Assembly (NCBI GenBank): GCA_000320545.1
Contig: ADNK01000694.1
Span: forward strand, 1 to 64,000
Direction: 5' to 3'
Length of the DNA: 64,000 nucleotides
Source of the DNA: Bigelowiella natans CCMP2755
Lineage: Eukaryota; Protista; Cercozoa
Part shown: one piece after another, positions 39,502 to 54,562 of the stretch
How the letters are laid out: each line of letters opens with the position of its first letter
Numbering within the stretch: position 1 is the first letter of the stretch
Translations under genes and position numbers: made by a program
The notes under the pieces: generated by a model
What the model was told of the DNA's origin: nothing
Databases searched by the model: none
Seen by the model: the letters and a program-made list of their open reading frames with translations, nothing else

Positions 39502-40695
39502 ATTACTGTTCTAAATTGATGAAGATCTAAATAATGATCCTACCGTCATCCCTTCAGGAAGCTCCGCCTCAATGTCAACATTACAGGAACCTACAAATTG
39601 TGATATCTCGTCGTGTACTTATTGCTTACACACACCAGTTGATGTTGTGCATTATAACGGCTGGTCAGTAACAAAGCACCATCAGCACAGCCTACCTTTG
39701 TCATCCGAAACAATCTTTCCTAATGAGAAGCGCTTACTCTTTCCCTGTTCATGCCACAGAGGAGAGAGAGAACATCATCATCGACAACAACAATCAGAAG
39801 AAATAAAGAGCTTACGCGAAAGAAGAATACAACAGGAGAGAAGTAGAGGATGAAGTGGCCATTCATTTTGGATGTATGTAGGGCTATGAAGGAGAAATGA
39901 AGAGATGTAAAGTATTCTGCTGTTTACGACCTCTTTTGAGTGGAAATCAAGCATAAAAGTAGTAGATGATGATGACGACGAGGGCTGCTGCTTTGCTGGT
40001 TGCAAACCCTTTAGTTGACCCTTGATTGTCACTTTGTAAGGCCTAAATAAGTAGTTGATGAATCATCATTAATACTCCACTAATAAATCAATCACCGCTA
40101 TTATCCTAATCATAATCATCACTCACAATATGGCTCGAGATTGCTTACCCAAGGGTGAAAGTGTGAACTATCTTCAATTGCTGCTTACCCAAGGGTGAAA
40201 GTGTGAACTATCTTCAAGCGCCCTGCAACCACGCCGGCTGCTGGTGATGATCCACTCTCCGTAGTAGTAGAAGAAGAAGAACCACCAAAAGTGCGGACGA
40301 TGCACAATGCAGCACTATCTGAAGGCCCATCCTTATTGAAACATAGTCAAGTTACGGTTGTATCTATTAATTTGATCTCGGTAGTAGAGCTCTAGCTAAA
40401 TTTCGCACTCCTATCATCGCTACTATTCAATATTTGATATTCTTCTTCTTGTTCTGAAATACACCACTTACTTACTTACTTTGGGTGGCTCCTTCTTCTT
40501 CCTTTTAGGACTTTTGTCAATGTTATGTGCTTTGAGAGCCTTGGTCGCCTTGTCAATGTCCAACAGCAATACTTCAGGTTCCATCCCATTTTTCATCATT
40601 TCGGCGTAGTAGCTCTGAAACTCATTTAATGAGATCTTCTTGTCATTATCATGATCAGCCTTAGATAGAAGCACCTTCACCTGTAGTAACAGTAA

Positions 40696-40727
<32 letters not shown>

Positions 40728-41383
40728 ACGACAATAACAGCAACAGTATAGCATCATGAATATGTTTGTGATTCTTTCGCAAGCTGTTTTCCTATTCTCG
40801 AGCATGCCGTTGTGATTTAGTAGCTATTGCAAGGACATAATAAATTTAAGAGGTCGTTACTTACTTACTTACTACCTGGCGATCAACCTCAGCCTCGAGT
40901 TTCTTGTTGTCATTCAAACTGTCGGTGGCTCCTCCTACTCCGGAGATGGCTACCCGCAATACCTTGAGCAGGTTGAGAGAGAGGTGTGAGGTAATAAGGA
41001 GGAGGAGAGGCGGAGGAGGAGGAGGAGGAGGAGAAGGAGGGGAGGAAAGCTAAGTAGTACAGTAGTAGTAGTAGTAGTAGTAGTAGTAGCAGTAGTTAAT
41101 CGGGTTATAAGCTCGTTATGATGCAAGTCTGAAGAACGTGTGATCAAAGCACAAAAGGAGTTGTCACTTATTGAGCAGCACCTTCTTTGCCTCGTTCACT
41201 GTTACGAAGCCATCTCCATTCTGATCAAAGTCTGCGAGGAGGAGGAGAACACATTCGCGTAAACAACGATTGCCAATAAAAGGAACAAGATAGCGTAAAA
41301 CACGATGTAACAAATTAGTTGGTGGGTATCTGACAGTAGAAAAAGTCCTCGATCGCACGTTCAAATGCGCCCTTGGATGACAT
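38841..41383 (-). CDS. EF-hand pair fused to a degenerate Cu/Zn-SOD-like beta-barrel (3' end approximate)
   Basis: MSSKGAFERAIEDFFY|YFDQNGDGFVTVNEAK and KADHDNDKKISLNEF are two canonical EF loops. They are followed by AALCIVR..VAGRLKIVH..|YKVTIKGQLKGLQP..MLDFH..|LGKIVSDDK|GSCNVDIE..|LKDIQG. Confidence 0.65.
40141..40217. repeat. About 41-bp tandem duplication spanning a minus-strand splice donor
   Basis: tgcttacccaagggtgaaagtgtgaactatcttcaa occurs twice. Confidence 0.9.
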
Positions 41384-41882
41384 ATCTTGTGCGTCGTCGT
41401 TTCTGGGGTGGTTCTGTGTTCACGAAGAAGGGTTGTGTTCACGTGGACCTAGGACAGGTTGAGGGAAAAAACGACGTGTGATATTATTAATGGTAGTAGC
41501 ATTTTTTAGAGGGAGGATGATCCATTACCTATTATTAAATATTATTTTCAAGTGAGAAGAGTTTTAGTTCAACAGTTTGTTGTTGGCCATGTCCAGATGT
41601 CTCGCAGGTGGGTTGTGAGGAGGGAGGGAGAGCAAGAAAAAAGGAGTTTAGTCGGTAAGCCTCCGAAAAGGACGGAAGAAGTGAGATATAACGAAAATGC
41701 CCTTTATTGTATTCAAAATATAACATAAATCAGTCTATTAACAATAAAATCACCGTCATTCACCATTAGTTGAATAACAGAGCAGTGAGGAGAAAGTTCT
41801 GAACATTTTCGGCTGCGACTACTTCTCCTTCGAACTGCTCACCAGACGGATGGAGGGAGGGAAGGAGGGAGGGAGAGAGAGA

Positions 41883-41919
<37 letters not shown>

Positions 41920-41920
41920 C

Positions 41921-43883
41921 ATGGTGGACGCGTACACATTCCTCAAGGCTGGTATTCAGACTACTGACTATCTGGGTCAGGAACGACGACGGAAGTATTT
42001 ACTCAATTGCATTGGGGAATGCTTCAAGTGTGGTTCTTCTGAAGTAGTTCTTCAAACTTTTGATGATGCTATTGCAAGCCTCATCGTAGAGTATGATTAC
42101 TTGACGTCATGGACCTTGGTAGTTTTATAATGTAGATCTACCATTAAGAACGAATGATAAGCTATAAGGAATAGTCACAATTATCCTCGGAGCTTTGTGG
42201 CTAACTACACTAAAAAACCCTGTTATTTTTCTTTTCTTTATTGTTGATTCTATGCTGAATGAATTATTTTGCTTGTTGTTGATTATATTAACACGACACA
42301 AGAGCACGGCTGAAAAGAGCTTAAGACGAATTTTTAGGAGGCTCAAGCACACTGTTGCTACAGAGCCCATCACTAGTACTAGTACTGCTGCTATTACCAA
42401 CACAACAGTACATGATGATGATAATGAGGAGGAGGGGGAGGATAAAATGGAAGAAGCGGGAGAAGAAAAAGAGGTCTGTTCGGTACTTACTTTTGGACCG
42501 CCCGGAAATGGTTGTCTATTAATGATGAGATAAAATGATGAGTGTGATAACGGTGATGATGATGATGATGATGATTACGAGCGACATATATGAAGGAATG
42601 AAGGAAGAAAGGTATTATTATACACTATTATTAATCTTGTTTTTAGGCAAGACGTACTCTTATTATACACTATTATTAATCTTGTTTTTAGGCAAGACGT
42701 ACTCTCCGAAACTGATCGCTGAGGAAATGAAAATAGAGCTTGTAAGAGCGTCAATGCCCGAGCTATATGCTGGCTTAAGCATTGAGGAAAACTTACAGAA
42801 GGTAATCTCATTATTATTATATTTTTGTTACTATTACATCGACGTCCTCATCGTCGTAGCAGATTGATAAGTTGAATTTCTTTTGCTTAGATTTTCAGCA
42901 TTGCAGAAGCAAAGGCTCCTTGTGTTCTGCTGATAGATGAGATGTACAGTGATACACCATGTGGGAGAACGAATCTTCAGCATCATCATAAGGGGGGAGG
43001 AGTAGTAGTTGACTACTATTTGGAATTTCTTCGTAAGATTGAGAATGAGAAGCTGCCAATCATCGTAGTAGCGTCTTCCAACATGCCAGCATCATGCCCA
43101 GCCAGGTCATACCCCGTTCTTGTAGAGAGTACTAGTAGTACTAGTCACTTGCTGCCAGCTACTTGTCATGATAGAATTTAAGATGATAATGATACGACAT
43201 GAAGGCAACTTGGGGCACCTAATTGTTTATGTCTCTCAGATTTGTCCAGGCACATAACGAGCGGCTATTCTTTCCTTTTCCCGACTTGGATAGACGACGG
43301 CAGTATTTCGAGTCAAAATTCTTCATGCTTAATGATAATGACTCAAAATATGTAGTAAGCAGAGGGGAGCGAGATCAGGCGATAAGTAAGGTCAGAATTA
43401 CAGTAGCGACGAAGAACCACCACCACCACCACCACCACTAAGATCTACTACTACTACATATCATATCATATCATATCATCATGTGGTGGTTGGTTCTGTT
43501 GTTGAATGTAGGTATTAGATAAGCTACTTTCTGTTTCTGAAATGTTCGATTTTGCTCGTATTGGAAACATGGACCACTACGCTCGAGTACGATTCATAAA
43601 GAACTACATAATTGCTGCTGAAGAAAGTACTCTAAGCTCACAACAAGAACGTGTTCAGGCGATGGAGAAATCCATCCTTGAATCCATAGAGGAGCATCTA
43701 ACTGTTCATGGTGAGAAACGGCGACTGAGATTTCATGTGATCGAGACATGCTGTCTTGCTGAGTTCTTTTACGGAGCCACTTCCTTTCTCTCGGCAGATT
43801 TTCAACTCAATGCAATTTCAAATGTGTTACGGAAGGCATTCAATGACTACAAAATGTCAGTTGTTCAAAACAACAAAAACTAG
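41921..43883 (+). CDS. Divergent single-module AAA+ ATPase
   Basis: Walker A VLTFGPPGN|GKT split by an intron, IFSIAEAKAPCVLLIDE (Walker B), IIVVASSNMP (sensor 1), RLFFPFPDLDRRRQYF, stop at 43881-43883. Confidence 0.82.
42616..42704. repeat. 45-bp tandem duplication spanning a splice acceptor
   Basis: tattatacactattattaatcttgtttttag|gcaagacgtactct occurs twice. Confidence 0.9.
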
Positions 43884-44800
43884 CAGCAGTCTTCCTACGA
43901 ACTTCAGGAGGTAGACTAGCAACTAGCAGCAGTCTTCCTACGAACTTCAGGAATAGGTCGACTAGCGATATGTGATTATTATTGTGTTAACCAGCAGCAG
44001 CGTCATGAAGCATCGTACCCGCGGTGTGTGTTGACAGCTTGTTGCAGATATTATTCTGAAGCTGCTGCTGACTTACTGCAAACAATTGTGCAGTTGCGTA
44101 TAGGCTGCCGCACATCTAGATGTACTGCATTGTAATCATTGTAAATGGTACTAATATAAGTGTCATACAGACACGAAATCATCATATATGGGAGTTGTGC
44201 GATGCTAATGCTCCTACGATGCCGTTCTAGCATTGCTGCATATATATTACTCATACCTAGCGCAAGGAGGCTTTATCTCGTAACATTGTGCTAACTATAC
44301 ATACTACTACTACTACTACGCTATAGCAGTAGTCGGGATAATATATATATGCAATTGGTTACCTGCTAGCACGCACTATAAAGACGAAAAATAGCTCATT
44401 ATTTATAGACTTACGTATGATCGTACCACGACACATCTATTTAAAGACAAAATATTGTTTTATGTTTGTATGTGTATCGTCAGCACATGCAGATTAACTA
44501 CTGACACATAACTGCTAATATAGCTTGTAAATCATACGATGCATGTGTGTGTTTGACGGAACTCAAGATTTATGCACGACTGTTCAACCCTCGCAACATT
44601 GTTCCACGATAGGTGATAGAAAGCTGCTAACTTAAGTCGATCAGTCTTTCGAGGAGTTAAGTCTTAATGCCGAATAAGTCTTTCAGGCTGCTACGATTAG
44701 ACCTATCAGACAAGCTAGCAAGAGCAATTTTAATGAAAGAAGCGCATAAGACTACTAAACAAGAATATCAAGTTGTCACCGGATTCGTGTCATCTCTGGT

Positions 44801-46165
44801 CTATATTGGAACTGGGTAATGTAGTTCTTTATACTCAACATCAAGAGACGGCGTATGACTCCCTACAAAGCAATTTAGCGTCAGATACATCCAAAGGATG
44901 GTGATGATGAGGAGGATAATGATACAACTTTGAGTAAGAAATACAAGGAGGCATACAAAGAAGGCAAAGGAACTTCTACAGTGATAAAAACGGCTATCAA
45001 GTATTAATCTAGATTGTAGATGAGTAGAAGAGCCAGCAGCTTTGTATCAACTTGATAAGTAACCATTCACACGTAATACATGTTTCCTTTTTTTTATCGA
45101 TCATCAACTCAACTACTGTAGCATCCCTACCCGCGATAAAATTGCTGACATTGAAAACAGATGAATGAAGGAGAAGGAAATAGCGTATGAGAAAGATCAT
45201 GGTTTAAGTGTTGGATCATCATTTGAGTCAATATATCTTCATTGTACTTATTCATGATATCCGTATAACAACTTCCATTTACTTTAATTTCAGCCTTCAT
45301 GCTAATATCCTTCCCCCCCCCCTCTTTCTGTCTCTACCTACCTTGCTGCTGCTGCTGCAGAGTATGTGAATGTTGAGGTCCAGGAGTAGCCGGCCTCTAT
45401 AATAAACGTTGTTGTTATTGTTGATCAGTTATTGTTAATCATCATTTCAAACAATGCATGTCCCACAGTAGTAGTATTCAAATGCCGATTTATTTACTCG
45501 TACTACTACTATTTCTTCTTCTTCTTCTACTTCTTCTACTACTACCGCATCATCATCATTTTTTTAAAGAATAGCCCTTAATCAATTTCTCTTGAGTATA
45601 TATAAACGAGTGCAGACAATCAATGGAAGTGAGCCCCATTCCCTTCTTCTTCTCTACGAATCAACCGGGATTTGCAGGGGTTAGAACAACAAGGATTTGA
45701 CGATGCAGCGGAGGAACAATGGCTTCAATGTCGAATTGCTTTCGGGAGGAGGTCAACCTTTAACAACGTATTATTAGCGATGGCACGATAAGCATTTTGT
45801 AGGAAGCTACAGATAAGGAGATACGATGAATGAGTAAGTGATAATACCCTTTCGGTTTGAGAGTAATACGAAACCTAAGAGCCTTCCTAGGATCCATATT
45901 CAAGAGCATGTACCAGCAACCACATCCTGTGGTATTAGAATGTACTAGCAATTACGATAACGTATGATGATGATGTAAAATAATAATAATATTATTAATA
46001 CTAATTATAATAATAATAATACGCAGTGTAACAAGTTGCACTTTCGATGCGATCCATGTATACGCACCACTGGGATTTTGAGAAAACATTTGAATGTTTT
46101 CTTGCAGATATTTAGGTTTGCCGTTTGTACGAAGGGCTAGCAAACAAGCAGACCTCACACACCTG

Positions 46166-46196
<31 letters not shown>

Positions 46197-46449
46197 CAGC
46201 AGTAGACATAGACATAATAAGGGAGAAAACAAGTTGAACAATGTTGGCTTTCATTCTCCTCATATCCACTACTGTGCCATATACTACTACTACTACGACT
46301 ACTACTACTACGACTACTACTACTACTACCTGACATCAACATTGATAGGGCGAGTATGCACAGGGTTGGCGCTGTAGATCGATAGTCTGTGTAATGGCAT
46401 TAATCATGGATCGTGCAATGTAAGCGAGGGAAGGGGAAACAGGTAGAGA

Positions 46450-46491
<42 letters not shown>

Positions 46492-47040
46492 TAAATGTAC
46501 AAACATCATTTAAGCACATGTTACTTTATCAATTATGTACTGTAGTATTTATTGAATGGTAGTAGTAGTAGGCAATGTGATTCGAATGATGTAGGGTCTT
46601 CTTCATCTTCTTCTTCTTCTTCTTTTCTTCCGCCTCCTCGTACAACAGCAGCAGCAACAACAACAACTACTACTACCACTACCACTAATACTACCCAAAA
46701 GATGGCCGATCTTCTCTAACGTCAAAGGACATTGGAATAACAAGATACGTTGTCTTTGGATCGGTAGCATTGAATTCTAAATGTACCTACAATTGTGATG
46801 AGGACGCTGATAAAGAAGTAGAACTCCTCATCATTTATTACGATGGGACTACTAAATAGTACAAAGCCAGAAAGAAGTAGTAGCACCTCTCGATCTCGCT
46901 TGGGTAGCATATGACCAACATATTTATGTCTTGAGATGTCCTTCATATCTTCCCCGTCTACCTGAACAACGGGGAAACACCAAGTGCAATATTTAGTACT
47001 GGCAGTAGGAGTAGGAGGAGGACACATCATCTCTCTCATG

Positions 47041-47081
<41 letters not shown>

Positions 47082-47521
47082 ATATGCTGCTGCTATTGCC
47101 TTTTACACCACACATTTCCACTTTCACAAAAGGCACACATGCAGTAAGTAATAATACTGCTCATCGAGACCTTCTTCTTGTATTGTTATTAGATGATATA
47201 ATATTGGGAATGATGACAACAATTGTACTCTTTTAGTCGTTCCACTTCGAAGATACTACGTTGTAATCAATACTACCTTCACAATAAAAACCCCCATATC
47301 TCTGTATCCCTTACCGGATCCTGAGCACCCACCCACCCACCCACCCACACACACACACACACACACATGGTGTCAGTCATTCAATCAGTGACTCGATAGA
47401 TGGTATTGCATCTGAATAGCAATGGGTAGCAGCAGCAGCAGCAGCAGTCTATAACCCCTTTTGTTTCTTGCAGCAAAGACACAGTAATCCACGTAGACCT
47501 ATCGACTCGGATCTGGTACCT

Positions 47522-47552
<31 letters not shown>

Positions 47553-47661
47553 GGGGGAAGAGAGGGGGGTAGCATTTGAAACCAACATGATAAAGAGTAG
47601 AGAGATACTCACCATTTATCTCCTTTCTTTTGATATTTTGATCAAATTATGGCATGGCTCG

Positions 47662-47698
<37 letters not shown>

Positions 47699-47739
47699 GA
47701 GAAACTTTTGTGAAGAAAGAAACGGATGCTAGTACCGAA

Positions 47740-47773
<34 letters not shown>

Positions 47774-48194
47774 CACACATACACACACATGCACACATAC
47801 ACACATATGTTCTGAGCAGAAGGGTATCTTCTTTCTGGCCCAGGAGCCATCAATCCGCAAGTTGAACCTTGACAACAACAACAACAACAACAACCTTGTC
47901 ATTATTATTATTCTTATTCTATTCTCTATTGTAGTAGCTTATTGCACAACGACGTACTATTCACTGCTATCATCTGTAGCAGCATCCATCACTACTACTA
48001 CTACTACTACTACTACCATCACCATCATTAACAACATCACCACATACGCACAAAAGAAGCAGAATCAACGTACCAATTCGGTCTTAACTTGCAGACATCG
48101 ACACTCCGAAAATATATGAGAAGATCATGAAAACTAAGCCTAAAGTATGCAAAACTTTTAGGCTCACGAAATATGTATCCCCCCCCCCCTCTCT

Positions 48195-48239
<45 letters not shown>

Positions 48240-49529
48240 AATTGCTTTTCCTAAATGCAATCTACATTATTAGTGTATTATTAATCAAAAAGAATCTATC
48301 ATCATCATCCGCTTTCCTACTACCAGAATATTCCGTCATTATCATCTTTCACGATTCCTATTTTACATAATACTAATTTGAGGTGCTCTTTCTTTGATGG
48401 CAGCAACAACAACATCAAGCTGTAGTTGTATAAATACTAATCATACAATAATGACCAAGTTTTTTCTCTAATCCAGGATTTTCTCTCCATTCTTTCGAGT
48501 TGTCGCTCCAAGCACCCTTCCATTCAAAAGAGCCCCTGAAGTAGTCATCATCATCATCATCATCATCATCATCAATACCGTAATCATCATTCTTCAATCG
48601 TATGTTTTCCCTTTTATTATGAATTATGTGTTACCAAGGATTTCGCAATTTAATCAATCTGTGGTTCCCCTCTGCATTGTCATTATCATTTATTGTTATC
48701 ATAATATCAATTGTGAGAAGTAATATTATCAATCATTTCAGGTTATAGAATACAAGTACTACTACTCCTACTACTGACCGATGCGTACGTCAAGAATGCT
48801 GTAAGCATGGTTCATTTGTAACCCAACCTTAGTAGGTAGGTAGGTAGGTAGTTAGGCATTCCATCATCATAATCAATAAAGCAAACGATACTAATGAATA
48901 AGGGGGGGGGGGTAAGGGGCTTTAAAGAGGGTCAAAATATAAGGAAATGGGAATGATTGATGTAGTAGCATTGTTCAGTGTCCAAATCATATGAAAAAGA
49001 ATGATGAAGTAATAGTTTTTTGCAATGAAATCCTGTAATAATTATTGACAACGTGGATGTTCATCCTGTAAGTAGACCTCATTGTAGTACCTACCTACCT
49101 ACCTACCTACCTACCTACCTTTTTGAATAGCTGTTGTTCTGCTTGTGTGTTTCCGCAGCTTGCCCCCATGAGAAATCTAGACGATAAAACAACCAATGAA
49201 CCACAACGAGAATCCTTACTTATTTAATTTCAATTCATATTTGATGTGAAACAGCATATTTCTTCTTCGGCTTCATCATCATCATCATCATCTTTATCTT
49301 CCTCTTCTTCCACTTGCTCTCACTTTTTTGGTTTTGCTCTCATAATACCCTGATTGTTTGAAGGATACCATTCGTGCAAATATAATATCTGAATCAGACT
49401 CAATTTTGTCCAAACGAACACTTTCGCATGGTGCTCCTGATTGTTGTTGATGATGGCAGCAGTCAATGTTATAGCCTTTTAATCATGATGGATGGATGGA
49501 GGTTGACGATAAATCAAACAATGGCCGAA

Positions 49530-49581
<52 letters not shown>

Positions 49582-50328
49582 AAGAAGAATGGAAGCTGAG
49601 GAGGGTGGTGGGAGAGGGATACCTGTCAGATCTGCTAAGGCCTCATGAACATGCCCACCCTTGATGTTGGTATATGACTTGTACATCTTCGCATATCCTT
49701 AATAATAATAATAACAATAATAATCACAGTATAATATACAAAGTCATTCACTTTGTCTTCCTGATAATCCTCTCCTTCCCCCCCCCACCTCACCTTTCTC
49801 TAACAAGCTTGGCCACAACTGATTTCGTTTCCCTCTTGCAAAAGCGATAGCGCCTTATACATTAAAACGAGTAGTGCTTGTTTGGTCAGGCAAATTGGAC
49901 AAGTTTAAATTGTAAAGTAAGTATGTAAGGGTAGTAATGAATAGATTCTCTGCAATTGAAGAATAATATCTATGAGAGAGCACATCATCATAATACCTAC
50001 CCCAGGATGTTATAGGAATGTAATCATCAACAAGCACATTTTGCCATTTCCCATCCTTTTTTTAAACAACATTAACGACAGAAGAAGAAGAAGAAGAAGA
50101 AGAAGAAGAAAATACAAAGTGATAATAACAAACCACAAATTAGTACTAAAGGCCATGGACGTTGGGACAGCACTCATGGTCTTTCAATATTAACGATAAC
50201 AAATATATTTCCGTTCTTATAATGCATGAACGTAATAATGTACATACATCACTACTACTACTACTACTAGTAGTAGTAGTAGTAGTAGTACACATACAGC
50301 CATGCCACATGTTGATGATGACAAAAGT

Positions 50329-50368
<40 letters not shown>

Positions 50369-51462
50369 CCTTGCAAAACATCATCTGGTAGGCTCCTACT
50401 CGATTGTACTGCTTTGTGACCTGATGAGGAGGGAGGGAGAAAGGAAGGAAAAAATTGGGTGAAGATCATCATCATCATCACTATCATCATCATCATCATC
50501 ATCATCATCTTCTTCTTCTTCCTCTTGTTCAGCGCATATTCTATGACAACCATTAGCTGGGTAATGAGCTCTGGCCTCTCAGCAATAACCTTTGATAGTT
50601 AAAAGTAAGATTAGTCATAATCATCATCATCATCATTATGACCTTTAATAAACTCTGCATGCATGACGGGATAGAACACTCATATATATTCTAATTTTAG
50701 TTGTAGTAATTAGCTGCTTTGTGATTCAGATCATTACTGCTAGTGCAGAGAGAAACCAGCAATCTCCCAATTCTCCTAAAAAGGATTAATAATGTAAATG
50801 GATTACAATACAAAACCACATATTACTCTCCAACAACATAAGCAGCAGCTGCATAAAAGCAATACAAAGAATCATGATTCTTGTGACAACTACACCTCTA
50901 CTGCTATACTGCTGCTGCTGCTACTACTACTACTACTACTACTACCACCTTGTTGGAGATCAGATGGCTGCATATCGTCCCTAATTACACACCACGTGTT
51001 GTTGTTGTTGTTGTTTCCACCACCTAAATCGATGATTTGTTCAACAACCAAATCATTAACGAATACCAAGCAACTTTTCCTCTTCCGTTTGTATATCTGA
51101 TACTACGCCGTTATCATTGCAATTTTTCATCATCATCATCATCATCCGTTTGTATGACTAGCATTTCATCAAGATTATAGAGAGAGTTGTCCAAAACAAT
51201 GATGATGATGATAATATAAGCAGTATTAGCAAATATTATAAGAGAGATATCAATGCGGTCATATTACACTAGAACATGAAATTCATACCCCCCCTTTGCA
51301 TGGCAGAAGAACGTCCTATTTGTTCCTGAATGATATCAAGTTAAAGCAATTTGATCCTCAACGATATGAAGTTGGCCATCACGCCTTAATAGTAGTAGTA
51401 GCAGTAGTGGTAGTGGTGGTGGTAGTAGTAGGTAAGGAGAAGAAGAAACAGGCATCATCATT

Positions 51463-51497
<35 letters not shown>

Positions 51498-52126
51498 GTA
51501 GAAATAATGATAATATATAGGATGATATATTGGATGTCTCAATGATGTATGATTTTGTTCCTGACCGGTCTCCTCCATTCGTACTTTCTCCCATCTTGGT
51601 GATAACCCATACTGCGAGGACCTAAAGTATGAGGATGATAATGGTGATGATCAAGAAGCATGATGTGCATATTCATTTTATTTCGAACAATCAACAAAGA
51701 GAGAACGACGAATTCACTCCGTGAGACGATGATGACTGATGACTTTCATCAGTATTATTTCAGTGATTCTATTGCCTACTCCCCTCTTCTCCTCCTGAAT
51801 AATTCTATCACCTACTAGTACTACTACTACCTGGCATAAAGGCATCGTCTGTGAAACGATCCTTTGCACTACATACCGCCATCACGGTTTTCCTGGTAAC
51901 GTATGTATACAACAGAGAATATTACCATCGATAACGCTATCTGCTTAAAGACACAGTACATGTTCTTATTATCATCATCATCGTCATCATCATCATCCCC
52001 ATCATCATCATCATCAGTCCTTACTGTACCACGTCTGTTTTGCCTCATTCTCCTGCTGCATTTTCTTTGCTCCGCCTAACCGACTTACCTAAGAACGGTC
52101 ATCATTAGTGAGGAGGAAATCATATC

Positions 52127-52160
<34 letters not shown>

Positions 52161-52797
52161 GCTGGCAGGGGGGTCACGATGATCGAAATGGTTTTGAACG
52201 CTACATACGCATTATTGTTAGTGCTTCATCAAACTGTTGTTTGATGCGTCGTCAAATATTTGCTGCAATAATTCCCAAGACGATTCTTCACCATTATTAT
52301 TATTATTATTATTCCTACTACAGTGAAGGTGCTGCTAGGTAATGACCTCCCAGCCATTGCCTTTATTCTTCGGTACTTTATATCCTCCTCCTCCTCCTCC
52401 TGTTGAAATCGTATTCCGTTTCATATCATTGCCAGTCTTTGGCTTTGGCGTGGAACAGGCACTACCTGTCAAAGGTGGAAAAACAATAATGATAATAATG
52501 GTGAATATATGCTTCGTCCAGTCTTAGTGTATTAGTTCTATGTAATCAAGTAATCGTTGGCATTAGGGTTGTACGTACAGACGGAGTCTTTGATTTTGTT
52601 CACCAACGTACATCTTAAACACCTACCGAAAACAACGATATCTTCATAATATGAGTGCTCAAGATTTGAGTAATACGATGCGCCACTATCATTTCATTCA
52701 TTCATATTTGGAACACATACAATGATGACATCGACGTGTCATTCAAATTCTTTCATTCATCGTGGATTCTTCTTCTTGATCTTTTTCTTCAGCTTTA

Positions 52798-52832
<35 letters not shown>

Positions 52833-54346
52833 TTGTCATTCTTCTTCTCCGTCACCTCCATTGGTCCGGTTTTACTTGTTTGATAGAAGGGGTCTTTGCA
52901 CTTCTTTCAGGTCCTACTGCCAGCTGATGATGATGATGATGAATGAGTAGGTGCAACAACAGACAACATGATCGTTATATCCACATTAACCCTATTATCA
53001 ACATCATTGTCATCATCCCACCAATCACTAATCACTACCACCACCATGATCATATATCAACAGTAGCGCCTCTTCCTACTACCTGAGCTTGCTTTGGACG
53101 TCTGCAAACCATACATTCTGAAAGATCCTTCCGATTACAATATGTGCACCTATGGTAATATCACACATCATAGCAGTAGCAGCAGCAGCCCGTTCAATAC
53201 TATAAGAGGGTGGTAAATGGTGTATGTTGGTGGTTATTACCACTTGCATGACCATTTATCTGGATTTCCAGATGATGATGTTTCTGAATTATTTATTAAA
53301 AAAAGTAGTTGACTGTTTGCAGATATTCATATGATAATGTGCTTTGTGAGGCCCATACTCTTCTCGATCTTGGGTCTTTCATTGCCGCATGCTGAACAAT
53401 GGCTCGCCTCCTAGAAAGCATATATTTTATAATACGGTGATAACGATGGTGTGATGATGGTGATGCTGATGACGATAGATGATGATCACGACAAGATGAT
53501 GGACACTTAACAAAAAAATGGACGATGTAGAAAGTTGGTAGTACAAGCGGATTATTGAGAGTGCAAATTTTGCAATTCCACGTAGCTTTGAGCTCTGCGT
53601 TGTTTGGAAAGAGTTAGAAGAATGTGGTTGTATGTAGCAATACATATTACTATGTGTGATCGATCGAGCAGCAAATATGTATGATGTGACTACCAGGATT
53701 GCTCTGTTGTTTTTCGTCAGTTTTTTTTTTACGCATGTGTCCACACACGTCGCATCGTTTATTTCCTTGAATCACACATATGAATTCGTTCACTTTTAAA
53801 AAAAAAGAAGTGAGGATGAATGCTTTACTACCTGGGGAATTTTTGTAGGTACACGTTGGGCAAGACCACTAAGTTGTTTTTTACAAATAAGAACGACGAA
53901 TGGCAAGACCACTAAGTTGTTTTTACAAATAAGAACGACGAATGGTTCTAAATCGCCTATCTTTTATAGTATTAGTATATTAGCACAACCAACCTTTGAG
54001 TAGGAAGTTGAGGTCTTAAACGAATCGCCCCGCATTAGCCTGAATAAGTGGAAGAAGGAGGTGGTTACCAAACAAATGATGTCTTTCCTGTGCTTTTTGC
54101 TTAGTTTGTTAGCACCTAGGTGTGCCTTTTGGGATCGAGATCTTTGGTTTGGGGGCTCCGCACATCTGACACGTAATACTTTGGCACCTGTAGACATCTT
54201 CTTATTAAAAAATCTCATGGTGCATCGTCACAATCAACGTACGAATTTTCGAACGTGCAGGACGTACATCCCCAATTACCTAATGGATAAGAATGTACGA
54301 AAAGATCAATCAATTTGTTCAAGCATTAGTGATTGCTAGTACTCAT
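44801..54346 (-). CDS. CAPN15: Calpain-15/SOL-like cysteine protease with about 5 N-terminal RanBP2-type zinc fingers
   Basis: Zinc fingers: WGCTSCTFEN..CQMCG, WSCPTCTYKN..CDVCG, WNCKICTLNN..CSACG, WSCK.CTYCN..CMVCR, CLRCTLVN..C.ACS. Catalytic triad: GELGDCWFLSALA (~50760), NHAYSILDV (~48805), KLRNPW (~48640). Also VDDYIP, LWPSLLEK, GGHVHEALADLTG and EWKGAWSDNS. Stop at 44801-44803. Confidence 0.9.
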
Positions 54347-54480
54347 GCTTCTTTTAGAACCCTCAACAGAGACTCTTATTATTCTTTTGACGACGCAATC
54401 CGGAGATAGGGAAGGGCTTTCCAGGCTATCTGCTCGGCCGGATTGGTCGGATGGTGGGAGAGAGAAAGAGGGAGATGAAA

Positions 54481-54562
54481 GCATGCCGTTTTGTTTGGAC
54501 GACAAGGAAAATTACCCTAAGAAATACGTAAAAGAATGCCATTTTGTTTGGACGACAAGGAG
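54481..54562. promoter_or_regulatory. Direct repeat within the short divergent promoter of the calpain and zinc-ribbon genes
   Basis: atgcc(g/a)ttttgtttggacgacaagga occurs twice, about 54 bp apart. A regulatory role is inferred from position only. Confidence 0.35.
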
